A stretch of 64,000 bases of DNA from positions 9,117 to 73,116 of the forward strand of contig JAIESE010000023.1 of the NCBI GenBank assembly GCA_019746225.1, given 5' to 3'. Made by a program: the position numbers and the translations under genes. This stretch comes from Alphaproteobacteria bacterium. GTDB taxonomy: Bacteria > Pseudomonadota > Alphaproteobacteria > Paracaedibacterales > VGCI01. The notes beneath the pieces are model-generated. The model was given only the letters and a program-made list of their open reading frames with translations. It had not been told where the DNA came from and ran no database searches. The number at the start of each line of letters is the position of its first letter. The stretch's first letter is position 1. Shown here piece after piece: positions 10,264 to 20,178 of this stretch.

Positions 10264-10731
10264 CTATTGATCATCGTCACCTGTTACATCGTCTTCACCT
10301 TCAGAAGGTCGCATTCTTTTATTACAAATATGTTCTAATGTACTAACGTACGGACCAAGTTCTTCGACAAGTTTAAATAAGGTTGGGAATCGGCTATAAT
10401 GAGGAATTTGAATAATCGCTACAGCCCCACCTTTTATAAACTGATATAAACCTTCTTCAACACTCATGCCAGCCTTTGCATATTGTGTAAATATGTTAAG
10501 TCTTGCTTCCTCATTTAAATGAAAAACTCTTGAAAGCGTTTTAAAGGGATTTGTCCCTGTCAAACGCATGTTTGTGTTATAAACGTCGCTCATTTCTTTT
10601 GCGCATTCACTGATATCATCTGAACATACTCTTTTATGTGTGGAAAGAGCACTTTCACTAGGATTTTTGTTTTCTGCCCCTTGCGTTTGGAAAACGCACA
10701 AAGCCATAACGATTAATAATGCTTTCTTCAT
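10264..10731 (-). CDS. Hypothetical secreted protein
   Basis: ORF track 155 aa; signal peptide MKKALLIVMALCVFQTQG-AE; acidic C-terminus. Confidence 0.7.
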   Translation of the reverse strand: MKKALLIVMALCVFQTQGAENKNPSESALSTHKRVCSDDISECAKEMSDVYNTNMRLTGTNPFKTLSRVFHLNEEARLNIFTQYAKAGMSVEEGLYQFIKGGAVAIIQIPHYSRFPTLFKLVEELGPYVSTLEHICNKRMRPSEGEDDVTGDDDQ

Positions 10732-10894
10732 AATATACCTTTTTAAAAATGTGGAAATTTTAATTGTTTAAAGTATATATATGTTTATTATTTAATCTTT
10801 ACAAATGTTTTTTATTTAGTTAAATTTTATTAAATCAAACACGAAACAACTTGAACACTTTTTATTCAGCTAATATGGAGAAGAATTTAACCTT

Positions 10895-11389
10895 CTAAAC
10901 AATCTCAGGAATATGTTCAATTTGGGGATTATGATCAATATTTTCGAAAAAAGTCAGAAAATGTTTTAGACGCACACTGATGGTCATATCGTTTCGAAGG
11001 GGGTGAAAATTTACCAAATCATACGTCAAAAAATCCTTATCTAATAAGAATTTGACTTTACGATCTTTATCATTCAAAAGGCCATAGGGCGTAACGGAAC
11101 CTGGAGCAACACCCAAAAAACAAGCCAGCTCTTCTGCACTTCCAAACGAAAGATGGCCTGAAGCAAATTTCTTTGCAAGCGCCTTTAAGTCAACACGCTT
11201 TGAATCAAGAACTGAAACAAGAAAATATTGCTTCTTTTTATCTTTTAAGAAAAGATTTTTACCATGTGCTCCCTCAATCACCACCTGAAGTTTTTCAGCG
11301 TCTTCAGCTGTAAATAGGGGTTCATGGGTAAAAAGTTCATAGTCCAAACCATATTTTTTAAATAACTCAAACAGCTTTTGATGAGGCAT
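10895..11389 (-). CDS. Prolyl-tRNA editing protein (YbaK/ProXp-ala/PrdX family)
   Basis: HEPLFT, KNLFLKDKK, SFGSAEEL and GVAPGSVTPYGLLND motifs. Confidence 0.9.
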   Translation of the reverse strand: MPHQKLFELFKKYGLDYELFTHEPLFTAEDAEKLQVVIEGAHGKNLFLKDKKKQYFLVSVLDSKRVDLKALAKKFASGHLSFGSAEELACFLGVAPGSVTPYGLLNDKDRKVKFLLDKDFLTYDLVNFHPLRNDMTISVRLKHFLTFFENIDHNPQIEHIPEIV

Positions 11390-11390
11390 C

Positions 11391-12737
11391 CTATTTTTCT
11401 CCAGGTGAGGTAATCAGAATCCCAAATCGCTCCATAAGCTTCTGCTTTTCGGCTGGTTTTAAGCGTAAAGTCAGGTGGATCACTTCGTCTTCATCTTCGC
11501 GACTAACAATCACCCCTTGGCGATAACACCACGCCAACACTTCTCCTTCTGAGGCTGGAATGGTCACCACAAGAATGGTCCCCTTCTCTCTCAACTTTTC
11601 ATCAATGCGCCCTAACAACGTCTCAATGCCTTGACCATTGATGGCCGAAATCGCAACCACATTGTCGTCGCGTTTCAACCGATTTTCAAGACTTGCGAGC
11701 TCCTCCCCTTCCAGAAGGTCTAGTTTATTACACACCTCTAAAAGAATCCCTGACTCTAGGGGATGTGTAATATCGAGTTCTTCAAGCACTTGATAGACAT
11801 CGTCTGCTTGTTGGTCTGTCTCGGCGTGCGCAATATCTCGAACATGGAGAATGAGGTCCGCGGCACACACTTCTTCCAAAGTGGCTCGAAAAGCTGCAAT
11901 CAATTGCGTTGGCAAGTCTGAGATAAAGCCGACCGTATCTGATAATATAATCTGACGACCGCTGGGCAATTTGACCTGTCGCATGGTAGGATCAAGGGTT
12001 GCAAATAGAAGATCTTCTGCAAACACATCCGCATGGGCAATCAGATTGAACAAGGTTGACTTTCCCGCATTGGTATAGCCAACCAAGGCCACAACGGGAT
12101 AGGGCACGCGACTGCGAGCGGTGCGATGCAGCCCACGCGTTCGTTTAGCTGCGGCAAGCCCTTTCTTAATTTTTAAAATGCGATCATCAATCAAGCGGCG
12201 ATCTAGCTCCAACTGCGATTCACCCGGTCCACCAATGAACCCGAATCCGCCCCGTTGTCGCTCCAAGTGGGTCCAAGACCGAACCAGGCGACTGCGCTGA
12301 TAATTAAGGGCTGCAAGTTCAACCTGGAGAGACCCTTCGGCTGTGCGCGCTCGATCACCGAAAATTTCAATGATCAAACCGGTGCGATCAATGACCTTAC
12401 ATCCCCAAGCTTTTTCCAAATTTCTCTGTTGAATGGGTGTAAGCGCGTTATCCACAACCATAAGTTCGATTTCCAGAGCCTTAATAAGCCCTGTCAACGC
12501 CTCAAGGTTTCCTTTTCCAATCAAGGTTGCGGGAACAACTTTATGTAATTGAATGACCTGACTGTGAACAACATTTAGATTAATCGCAAGTGCAAGACCG
12601 ACAGCTTCATCCAGTCGACCTTGAACGGTTCTCGCTTTGGGGGAGATGATATCTCCCTCTTTTATATTGCGCGTTCGAAAACTTGCATGAAGAACCCCCG
12701 TTCGCGTGGGGGTTTTGGAAGCCCGATCGTCAATCAA
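11391..12737 (-). CDS. hflX: GTPase HflX
   Basis: IFGDRARTAEGSLQVELA, GPGESQLELDRR, GYTNAGKSTLFN, LFATLDPT, DTVGFI; directly downstream of hfq. Confidence 0.97.
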   Translation of the reverse strand: MIDDRASKTPTRTGVLHASFRTRNIKEGDIISPKARTVQGRLDEAVGLALAINLNVVHSQVIQLHKVVPATLIGKGNLEALTGLIKALEIELMVVDNALTPIQQRNLEKAWGCKVIDRTGLIIEIFGDRARTAEGSLQVELAALNYQRSRLVRSWTHLERQRGGFGFIGGPGESQLELDRRLIDDRILKIKKGLAAAKRTRGLHRTARSRVPYPVVALVGYTNAGKSTLFNLIAHADVFAEDLLFATLDPTMRQVKLPSGRQIILSDTVGFISDLPTQLIAAFRATLEEVCAADLILHVRDIAHAETDQQADDVYQVLEELDITHPLESGILLEVCNKLDLLEGEELASLENRLKRDDNVVAISAINGQGIETLLGRIDEKLREKGTILVVTIPASEGEVLAWCYRQGVIVSREDEDEVIHLTLRLKPAEKQKLMERFGILITSPGEK

Positions 12738-12742
12738 TCAGA

Positions 12743-13039
12743 TTATTCCCCATCATCTTCATGAAATTCAGGATCTTCTATAGAATGCTCATCCGCACCT
12801 ACGGCAGAAGAAGCCTCAAATAACTGAATCGGCCCTTGTGGCATGACGGTGGAGATAGCATGTTTGTAAACAAGCTGGGAATGCCCCTCCCGACGCAAGA
12901 GCATCGAAAAGCTATCAAACCAAGTCACAACACCTTGCAACTTCACGCCATTGACTAGGAAAACTGTCAATGGGGTTTTGTTTTTACGGACATGGTTGAG
13001 AAAAACATCTTGAACATTCACAGGCTTATCGTTGGCCAC
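12743..13039 (-). CDS. hfq: RNA chaperone Hfq
   Basis: [21 protein letters not shown] and [11 protein letters not shown]m motifs; acidic tail. Confidence 0.98.
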   Translation of the reverse strand: MANDKPVNVQDVFLNHVRKNKTPLTVFLVNGVKLQGVVTWFDSFSMLLRREGHSQLVYKHAISTVMPQGPIQLFEASSAVGADEHSIEDPEFHEDDGE

Positions 13040-13119
13040 AGGACTGCACTCCCTCTTTTTATTAAAATTTATTCTAATTTATGAATAGTACGATTTGCCC
13101 AAAAGACCAAGGGGGGAAA

Positions 13120-13896
13120 TTACATTTTGATAAATATTTTTTTTAAGTTGCCACAATTTTCAATAGAAACAATCATCGGCGATGATGGCTCAAATCTCTT
13201 TCCAATAGCAACAGGTTGACATCCCGCAGCCAAAGCACAATCCCAATCGACAGGAGCATCTCCAATAATCCAAACTTTTTGGGAAGGAGGTACCTTAAGA
13301 GATTCTAAAGCAAGCAAAACCGGATCGGCCGCAGGCTTGTCTCTCAGGGCATCCCCAGCCCCTACAACCGTGCCAAAATAATCCCCCCACCCTAAATGGG
13401 CGACTTCTTTCCTCAAAAAAGCTCCCTTTTTATTACTGATAATCCCAACAGGAATTCCTTTACCCACAAGAACCTCAAGAACCGCCTCTGCCCCTGGCAT
13501 GGGATTCAGTCCTTGGAGATTGTCTTCCTCAACAAGCCTATAAAAGAAGGTTTGCGCCTCTTTGGCCTTATCTCCAAACCATTTGGGAAAAGCTTCTCGC
13601 CCAGAACGTTGAATATTGGAAAGCGCAAACTCTTCTGTCCAAGGCTCCAAACCAAATGCCAGAAGGGTGTCATTCACGGCATAAAATATCGTCTTCCACG
13701 TATCCACAAGGGTGTTATCCCAATCAAACAAAACGGCAGTGGGGGGAAGAGCAGCAGAAATAGAGGACGGGATTGACCCCACCTTATCGCTTCTTGACTT
13801 TTGATTTTTATCAAAAATTTTATCAGTCGGAATTTGAGAAAGTACCACCATAGCTGAAATCCTTATAACAATATTACAAACATAGGCAGAAATCAT
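13120..13896 (-). CDS. HAD-superfamily hydrolase (phosphoglycolate phosphatase-like); true start probably further downstream
   Basis: FDWDNTLVD (DxD), ISNK, KPAADP and IGDAPVD motifs. Confidence 0.85.
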   Translation of the reverse strand: MISAYVCNIVIRISAMVVLSQIPTDKIFDKNQKSRSDKVGSIPSSISAALPPTAVLFDWDNTLVDTWKTIFYAVNDTLLAFGLEPWTEEFALSNIQRSGREAFPKWFGDKAKEAQTFFYRLVEEDNLQGLNPMPGAEAVLEVLVGKGIPVGIISNKKGAFLRKEVAHLGWGDYFGTVVGAGDALRDKPAADPVLLALESLKVPPSQKVWIIGDAPVDWDCALAAGCQPVAIGKRFEPSSPMIVSIENCGNLKKIFIKM

Positions 13897-14101
13897 CCCA
13901 GAACATTACGTTTCATAGGGCATATTTAGACTTTTAATATACCCCCTTTTCTAGCTCAAAAATACCCCCTTTGTTTCTAAATCTCCTATAAATGTTTAAA
14001 AATGTTATTGACTGTTACTGAATTAAGATAGTTTCATGAGGGTGGATTATGTAAGATTAAGATGAAAGTAGGTCATTCATTACAAGACAAGGACCCCTGA
14101 A

Positions 14102-15877
14102 ATGCCAGCTAATGCAAGCCGTCTCGCAGATCTTCGACAATTGTTGACATCTCTTGGTGGAGATGGGTTTGTTATCCCTCGAACGGATGCTTATCAGGGA
14201 GAATATGTCGCACTTTGTGATGAGCGTCTGTCCTGGTTAACGGGATTCACTGGCTCTGCTGGAATGGCGATCGTTTTGAAAGAAAAAGCTGCCCTTTTTG
14301 TAGACGGACGTTACACATTGCAAGCTCAAGCCCAAGTGGATACCAGTGCTTATGAAATTTGTTTATCAACGGATTGTCCCCCGTGCACATGGGCAAAAAA
14401 GCATCTGGAAGGGGGGCAAAAGATATTCTACGACCCCTGGCTTCACACATTAAATGACAAAACACGTGGACAAAACGTCTGTGAAGCAGTTGGAGCAACT
14501 TTCCTTCCTGCCCCTCAAAATCTTATCGATAAACTGTGGAAAGATCGCCCTTCACCGCCAAAGAGTCCGGTGCAACCTCATGACTTATCTTATGCCGGCA
14601 TTTCTTCTGAAGAGAAACGGAAACTCATTGCAACATCTTTACGAGAAAAGAAAGCAGATGCTGCCCTCCTAACCGCCTCAGAATCGATTGCGTGGCTCTT
14701 AAATATTCGAGGAAATGATGTGCCGCACACTCCCGTGGCGCAAGGATTTGCTTTAATCTGGAAGGATAGAACGGTAGATTTATTTATGGATTCTTCAAAG
14801 GTTTCAACTCAGGTAAGAAACCATCTTGGCCCTGACGTTCGTTTGCAAGATCCCCTCTCCCTTGAGAGTTGGTTAAGCAATTTAAAAGAGAAAGCGATTC
14901 TCATAGATCCGGCACTCACACCTTTGGCCCTTCTTCAGCAACTCGAGAACTGCACCCTTCTTCACAGCCCTGACCCTTGCGCTCTCCCTAAAGCCATCAA
15001 AAACCCTGTGGAAGCCCAAGGGGCTGTCCTGGCCCATATTCAAGACGGCGTTGCTGTCACGCGCTTTCTGGCATGGTTATCGAAAAATGCTTTGAAAGGA
15101 GCCGTCACAGAAATCGACGCCGCTGAAAAACTCTTCGCTTTTCGTAAAGAAAATAAGCAATTGAGGGATTTGAGTTTTGAAACTATTTCCGGCGCTGGGC
15201 CCAATGGGGCGATTGTGCACTACAAGGTATCTCCTGAAACAAATCGCCCTCTAGAGCTTGGCTCCCTTTATCTGGTCGATTCGGGAGGTCAGTACCTGAA
15301 TGGCACAACAGATATTACCCGCACTGTTGCTATCGGCACACCTACAGCGGAACAAAAGGATCGCTTCACACGCGTGCTGAAGGGCCATATTTCTCTCGGA
15401 AAAGCCCTCTTTCCAGTTGGGACAACAGGATCTCAACTTGACCCACTGGCCCGCTATGCTCTGTGGGAGGCGGGCCTCGATTATGATCATGGCACCGGTC
15501 ACGGCGTCGGCAGTTATTTAAATGTCCATGAAGGCCCTCAACGGATCAGCAAATTCCCCTCTACGGTTGCTTTACAACCCGGCATGATTATCTCCAACGA
15601 GCCTGGCTATTATAAGACAGGCGCCTATGGCATTCGCATTGAAAGCCTTGTGATTGTTACTGAAAAAGGCATTCCTTCGGGCGGAGAGCGCCCTCTTTTG
15701 GGCTTTGAGACCCTCACGGTGGTACCAATCGATCGCACCTTGATTGAGGTAAAGATGCTAACAGAACAAGAACGTGCCTGGCTTAACGCTTATCATAAGA
15801 AAGTCCGGGAAACTTTGACACCTTTGTTAAGTGGTGATGATGTGGTCTGGTTGAAGGCAGCCACTGAGGAGGTGTGA
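14102..15877 (+). CDS. Xaa-Pro aminopeptidase (aminopeptidase P, M24B)
   Basis: DGRYTLQA, DSGGQYLNGTTDITRT, HGTGHGVG, VHEGP and SNEPGYY motifs. Confidence 0.95.
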   Translation: MPANASRLADLRQLLTSLGGDGFVIPRTDAYQGEYVALCDERLSWLTGFTGSAGMAIVLKEKAALFVDGRYTLQAQAQVDTSAYEICLSTDCPPCTWAKKHLEGGQKIFYDPWLHTLNDKTRGQNVCEAVGATFLPAPQNLIDKLWKDRPSPPKSPVQPHDLSYAGISSEEKRKLIATSLREKKADAALLTASESIAWLLNIRGNDVPHTPVAQGFALIWKDRTVDLFMDSSKVSTQVRNHLGPDVRLQDPLSLESWLSNLKEKAILIDPALTPLALLQQLENCTLLHSPDPCALPKAIKNPVEAQGAVLAHIQDGVAVTRFLAWLSKNALKGAVTEIDAAEKLFAFRKENKQLRDLSFETISGAGPNGAIVHYKVSPETNRPLELGSLYLVDSGGQYLNGTTDITRTVAIGTPTAEQKDRFTRVLKGHISLGKALFPVGTTGSQLDPLARYALWEAGLDYDHGTGHGVGSYLNVHEGPQRISKFPSTVALQPGMIISNEPGYYKTGAYGIRIESLVIVTEKGIPSGGERPLLGFETLTVVPIDRTLIEVKMLTEQERAWLNAYHKKVRETLTPLLSGDDVVWLKAATEEV

Positions 15878-16006
15878 GGGGAGAGGTAATAATACATGTG
15901 TTATAGGAAGCATCCCTCATCTTCACCCAAAAATAAAAATTCTTTCTTCATAAAGACACCAAAATCTTAACCCGCCCTTAAGAGTTATATTTATAAACTT
16001 TAAGGT

Positions 16007-18331
16007 ATGAAGAAAGCACCCTTAAAAGCCAAAGATGCTGGCATTCCCATGTTTCCCCTTCGCGCCACGCAGGAGAAGGGTCGAAAGCATCGCTCTGTCA
16101 CTTTGTTTGATTTGTCCTCCCATGCTCGGGCGAACGAAGCAATGAACTTTGGGCTCAAAATGCGCAACAAAGGGTTTCATGTTTTTGTGGTGGGCGAAGA
16201 TCGAAGCGGGCGCATGACCGCAACCCTTTCTTTCCTAAAACAGTATATCCAAAAATTACCCCCTCCTGCTGATTGGGTTTACCTCAATAATTTCTCATCA
16301 CCCCATCGCCCAAAACCCTTTCGCCTTCCCAACAGCAAAGGCTGTCAGTTAAAATCAGCAACCATGGATCTGATCGCCAGTTTGCATTCCCTTATGGCAA
16401 AGACCTTTTCCCATCCCCACTACACAAGTCAAATAGATGCTATGACGACGTCCCTTGAAACACAAGTTCAAGAAGAACTACAAGCCGTTCAGGATTTTGC
16501 AAAAAGCAGAGGTTTGAGCATTGAAGAGACAAGTGAAGGTTTTAGCATTCAGCTCATAGAAGATCCCCTTGCTGTAAAAAAGAACAAACACCCTTATCAT
16601 CCCAAAGACATTCAAGAGATTAAGGATCGATTAAATCGCATTACAACTTCTGCCCATTTGGCAAGCCGACAACTAACTGTTCAAATTAATGAAGCAAAGA
16701 AAAATATAGCCGCTCAGGTTATTGAGCCTCTCTTCCGCCACTATCGTCAAGAATTTGACAAATACATTAAAGACTGGATTGATGAGCTCTTAGAAGACGT
16801 TCTCAATCACGTTGACGATTTCTTGAGCGAGGATCCGGAAACGCAAAGCAAATTGCCCGCTTATGTCGAGGAGCGCTATAACGTCAATCTCTTAATCAAT
16901 AACCGGGGCGTAAATTTCCCTGAAGTTGTATTGGAGCCCTCCCCCACCTATGAAAATTTATTTGGATCTATTAAATATCGCGCCATCGTTGGTGGTGGAA
17001 TGGAAACAAATTTCACTATGATTCGACCCGGCGCTCTTCATCGAGCTAATGGGGGAGTCCTCGTTTTACGTGCAGAAGCTCTGGCACAAGCTCCCGAAGT
17101 ATGGGAAGCCTTAAAAGCCGCTTTACGTGACCAACGGATTCGCATTGAAGAACGGCACAGAGATACCTCAACACCCCTGTTGGATGCTCCAGAACCTATC
17201 TCCATTCCCTTAGATGTGCAAGTTTTTCTCATTGGAGCCCCGATGTGGTACTACTCGGTCTTTTTCCATGACACCGATTTTAAAACCTACTTTAAAATCA
17301 AAGCGGAAATAGACCCTGACTTGCCAGCAACCCCTCATAATATCAATATATATTCAAAGCTTATCCAGCAAGGCTCGATCCTCCATACAGGTCAAGAAAT
17401 TGATCAAGAAGCCACTCAATATCTTATGGGATACAGTGCAAGGTGGGTAGGACATCGCAAAAAACTCAACTCAAAATTTGAACTAATTGCAGACGTCTTA
17501 AGTGAAGCCGGAACCATTGCAGCAAGTGCGCCTGCAAGAAAGTCTGACGTAATTACGCGTGAGGATATCAAAACTGTCATTCGGGAACGACGCAAACGAA
17601 CGGCCCGTCTGGAAGACCGCTCCCATGAAGACATCGAATCCGGCCAGATATTAATCGACACAGTTGGCTCCGTCGTTGGACAAGTCAACGGCCTGTCCGT
17701 TCTTGCCACCGGTGATCATCAATATGGTTTGCCAAATCGCATCACCGCTCAGACCTACGCGGGTGAGCTTGGCGTCATCAACATTGAGCGCTTAACAGAA
17801 ATGAGCGGCCCCATTCAACAAAAGGGGGTACTGATTCTGGATGGTTACTTGAATGGGATGTTCGCCCAAGACTATCCTTTGTCCTGCGGTTGCTCCATTA
17901 CCTTTGAACAAAATTATGGCGGGGTTGAAGGGGATAGTGCATCCCTTGCGGAGTTGGTCGCCATTTTGTCTTCCCTTTCAGGGATCCCAATCCGCCAAGA
18001 TATTGCCATCACCGGGTCCATCAACCAATTCGGGGATGTGCAACCGGTGGGTGGCGTCATTCATAAGCTTGAGGGATTTTACCGAACCTGTAAGCACAGA
18101 GGCCTCACAGGGACTCAAGGCGTCATTATACCAAAAACCAACATCGAGAATGTGGTCTTACGGGATGAACTTGTGGAAGCAATGGAAGTTGGAGACTTTA
18201 CCATCTGGCCGGTTTCCCGCATCGAAGAAGCATTGAGTCTGTTGACGGGCCTTCCCCCGAAAACCATCTTCAAAGCGGTTAGAGAAAAGCTTGCTCTTTA
18301 TCATGAAGCTCTCGAAAAGCTGAAATCTTAA
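16007..18331 (+). CDS. Lon-like S16 protease with AAA-like domain (LonC/YcbZ type)
   Basis: VYLNNF, PGALHRANGG, EGDSASLAEL (catalytic Ser), TGSINQFG and VGGVIHKLEGF (catalytic Lys). The Walker A position reads GEDRSGRMT. Confidence 0.88.
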   Translation: MKKAPLKAKDAGIPMFPLRATQEKGRKHRSVTLFDLSSHARANEAMNFGLKMRNKGFHVFVVGEDRSGRMTATLSFLKQYIQKLPPPADWVYLNNFSSPHRPKPFRLPNSKGCQLKSATMDLIASLHSLMAKTFSHPHYTSQIDAMTTSLETQVQEELQAVQDFAKSRGLSIEETSEGFSIQLIEDPLAVKKNKHPYHPKDIQEIKDRLNRITTSAHLASRQLTVQINEAKKNIAAQVIEPLFRHYRQEFDKYIKDWIDELLEDVLNHVDDFLSEDPETQSKLPAYVEERYNVNLLINNRGVNFPEVVLEPSPTYENLFGSIKYRAIVGGGMETNFTMIRPGALHRANGGVLVLRAEALAQAPEVWEALKAALRDQRIRIEERHRDTSTPLLDAPEPISIPLDVQVFLIGAPMWYYSVFFHDTDFKTYFKIKAEIDPDLPATPHNINIYSKLIQQGSILHTGQEIDQEATQYLMGYSARWVGHRKKLNSKFELIADVLSEAGTIAASAPARKSDVITREDIKTVIRERRKRTARLEDRSHEDIESGQILIDTVGSVVGQVNGLSVLATGDHQYGLPNRITAQTYAGELGVINIERLTEMSGPIQQKGVLILDGYLNGMFAQDYPLSCGCSITFEQNYGGVEGDSASLAELVAILSSLSGIPIRQDIAITGSINQFGDVQPVGGVIHKLEGFYRTCKHRGLTGTQGVIIPKTNIENVVLRDELVEAMEVGDFTIWPVSRIEEALSLLTGLPPKTIFKAVREKLALYHEALEKLKS

Positions 18332-18335
18332 AATA

Positions 18336-20165
18336 CTATTCCACGGTCACGGACTTTGCGAGATTTCGCGGTTGGTCCACATCTGTTCCCCGCAATAATG
18401 CTGTATGATAGGCCAGAAGTTGCAAAGGAATTGTATAGACGATCGGAGCAATAAAGGCATCTGTTGGGGGAAGGGCAAAGGTTGTAATCTTCCCACTCAA
18501 TGCCTGAATCTGGGCTTCTGTTGCTTCATCCGTAAAACAAATCACAGAAGCGCCACGGGCTAAAACTTCCTGCATATTGGACACTGTTTTATCAAACCAC
18601 GCATCTTGCGGGGCCAAAACAATCACGGGCACATCCTCATCAATCAAGGCGATGGGACCATGCTTCATTTCTCCGGCGGGATAGCCTTCTGCGTGAATAT
18701 AGGAGAGTTCCTTCAGCTTCAAAGCGCCTTCCAGCGCGATTGGGTAGCTTGTCCCCCTTCCCAAATACAAGGAGCTGTGGGCCGGACGGATGAAATGCGC
18801 TAACTCATGAATTTTATCGTCTTTTTGCAAAACTTTTACAATGTGAGATGGCACCGTCAGCAAGCTTTTAACAAGATCTCGCTCCTCATCAGCAGACAAG
18901 ACTCCCCGAGCGCGCCCTGCCGCAATGGCCAAACATGCCAAAACGGCCAACTGACCAGTGAAGGCTTTCGTGGAAGCGACACCAATTTCCGGCCATGCTT
19001 GGGTGTGAATCACGTTTTGGGCTTGACGAGCCATCGAGCTTTCAGGTGCATTCACCAACGCCAGCGTATGATGCTTCAACTCTGTAGCAAGCTGCAAAGC
19101 GCACAACGTATCAATCGTCTCCCCAGATTGAGAGATAAAGATCGCCGCGCCCCCTGGCGTTAACTGCGGGTCACGATAGCGAAATTCGGAGGCAATCTCC
19201 ACATCAACGGGCAGATGAGCAAATTTCTCAAACCAATATTTGGCCGTGAGACCCGCAAGAAAGGCTGTGCCACAAGCAACGAAGGTGAGGCGCGGGAGTT
19301 TTGCCCAATCGAAAGACAAAGTCGGCAACTGAATCGATTGTGTGGGATGATTGATTAAAGAATTTAACGTGTCGCTGATGGTTGTGGGCTGTTCAAAGAT
19401 TTCTTTCAGCATGAAGTGGCGGTAAGAACCCTTGCCAACCGTATCTCCCGACAACAACGAAATGCGAATGGGTCGCTCGACCCGCTTGTCCGTTTGGTCA
19501 TAAATTTCGGCTCCATCTTTCGTGATGAGGGCATAGTCACCCTCCTCAAGATAACAAAGCTGCTGAGTCCAAGGGGCAAGTGCCAGGGCATCAGAACCGA
19601 TCGTCATCTCTTGATCCCCATACCCAATGACTAAGGGGCTTCCTCGACGTGCAACGATCATGAGATTATCATGATCGCGAAAAAGAATAGCAAAGGCAAA
19701 AGCGCCGGTGAGTTCTTTCAAGGCTCGCTGGACAGAGGCCAGGGGCGTATTGCCTTCATCAAGGTATTGGGTCAACAGATGCACGACAACTTCTGTATCC
19801 GTTTGACTTTGAAACGTGTGGCCTTTGGCGATCAGCATCGTCTTCAGCTCCACATAATTTTCGATGATGCCGTTATGAACCACGGCCACTTGATCACTCG
19901 TATGAGGATGGGCATTTTCTTCTGTGGGCGCACCATGGGTTGCCCAGCGCGTATGCCCAATGCCGAGCAGTCCAGTAATAGGGCTGTGTTCCACCAAATC
20001 TTGCAACTGTTGGAGCTTGCCTTCTGCCCGGCGGCGACTGATACCCTTATTTGTTAAGGTGGCAATACCAGCCGAGTCATACCCCCGATATTCAAGGCGT
20101 TTCAGCCCTTCCAATAACCTTGGGGCAACCGTTGTTTGGCTGATCATTCCAATAATACCGCACAT
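18336..20165 (-). CDS. glmS: Glutamine--fructose-6-phosphate transaminase
   Basis: MCGIIG, LEYRGYDSAG, GHTRWATHG, SQSGET, EMKHGPIAL and PRNLAKSVTVE. Confidence 0.98.
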   Translation of the reverse strand: MCGIIGMISQTTVAPRLLEGLKRLEYRGYDSAGIATLTNKGISRRRAEGKLQQLQDLVEHSPITGLLGIGHTRWATHGAPTEENAHPHTSDQVAVVHNGIIENYVELKTMLIAKGHTFQSQTDTEVVVHLLTQYLDEGNTPLASVQRALKELTGAFAFAILFRDHDNLMIVARRGSPLVIGYGDQEMTIGSDALALAPWTQQLCYLEEGDYALITKDGAEIYDQTDKRVERPIRISLLSGDTVGKGSYRHFMLKEIFEQPTTISDTLNSLINHPTQSIQLPTLSFDWAKLPRLTFVACGTAFLAGLTAKYWFEKFAHLPVDVEIASEFRYRDPQLTPGGAAIFISQSGETIDTLCALQLATELKHHTLALVNAPESSMARQAQNVIHTQAWPEIGVASTKAFTGQLAVLACLAIAAGRARGVLSADEERDLVKSLLTVPSHIVKVLQKDDKIHELAHFIRPAHSSLYLGRGTSYPIALEGALKLKELSYIHAEGYPAGEMKHGPIALIDEDVPVIVLAPQDAWFDKTVSNMQEVLARGASVICFTDEATEAQIQALSGKITTFALPPTDAFIAPIVYTIPLQLLAYHTALLRGTDVDQPRNLAKSVTVE

Positions 20166-20178
20166 AAACTATTCTCCC

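Noticed and set aside
18300-18400. attTn7-type site at the glmS 3' end
   Set aside because: The glmS stop is 4 bp from the convergent Lon-like gene stop. No Tn7 ends or tns genes are present, so the site is unoccupied.
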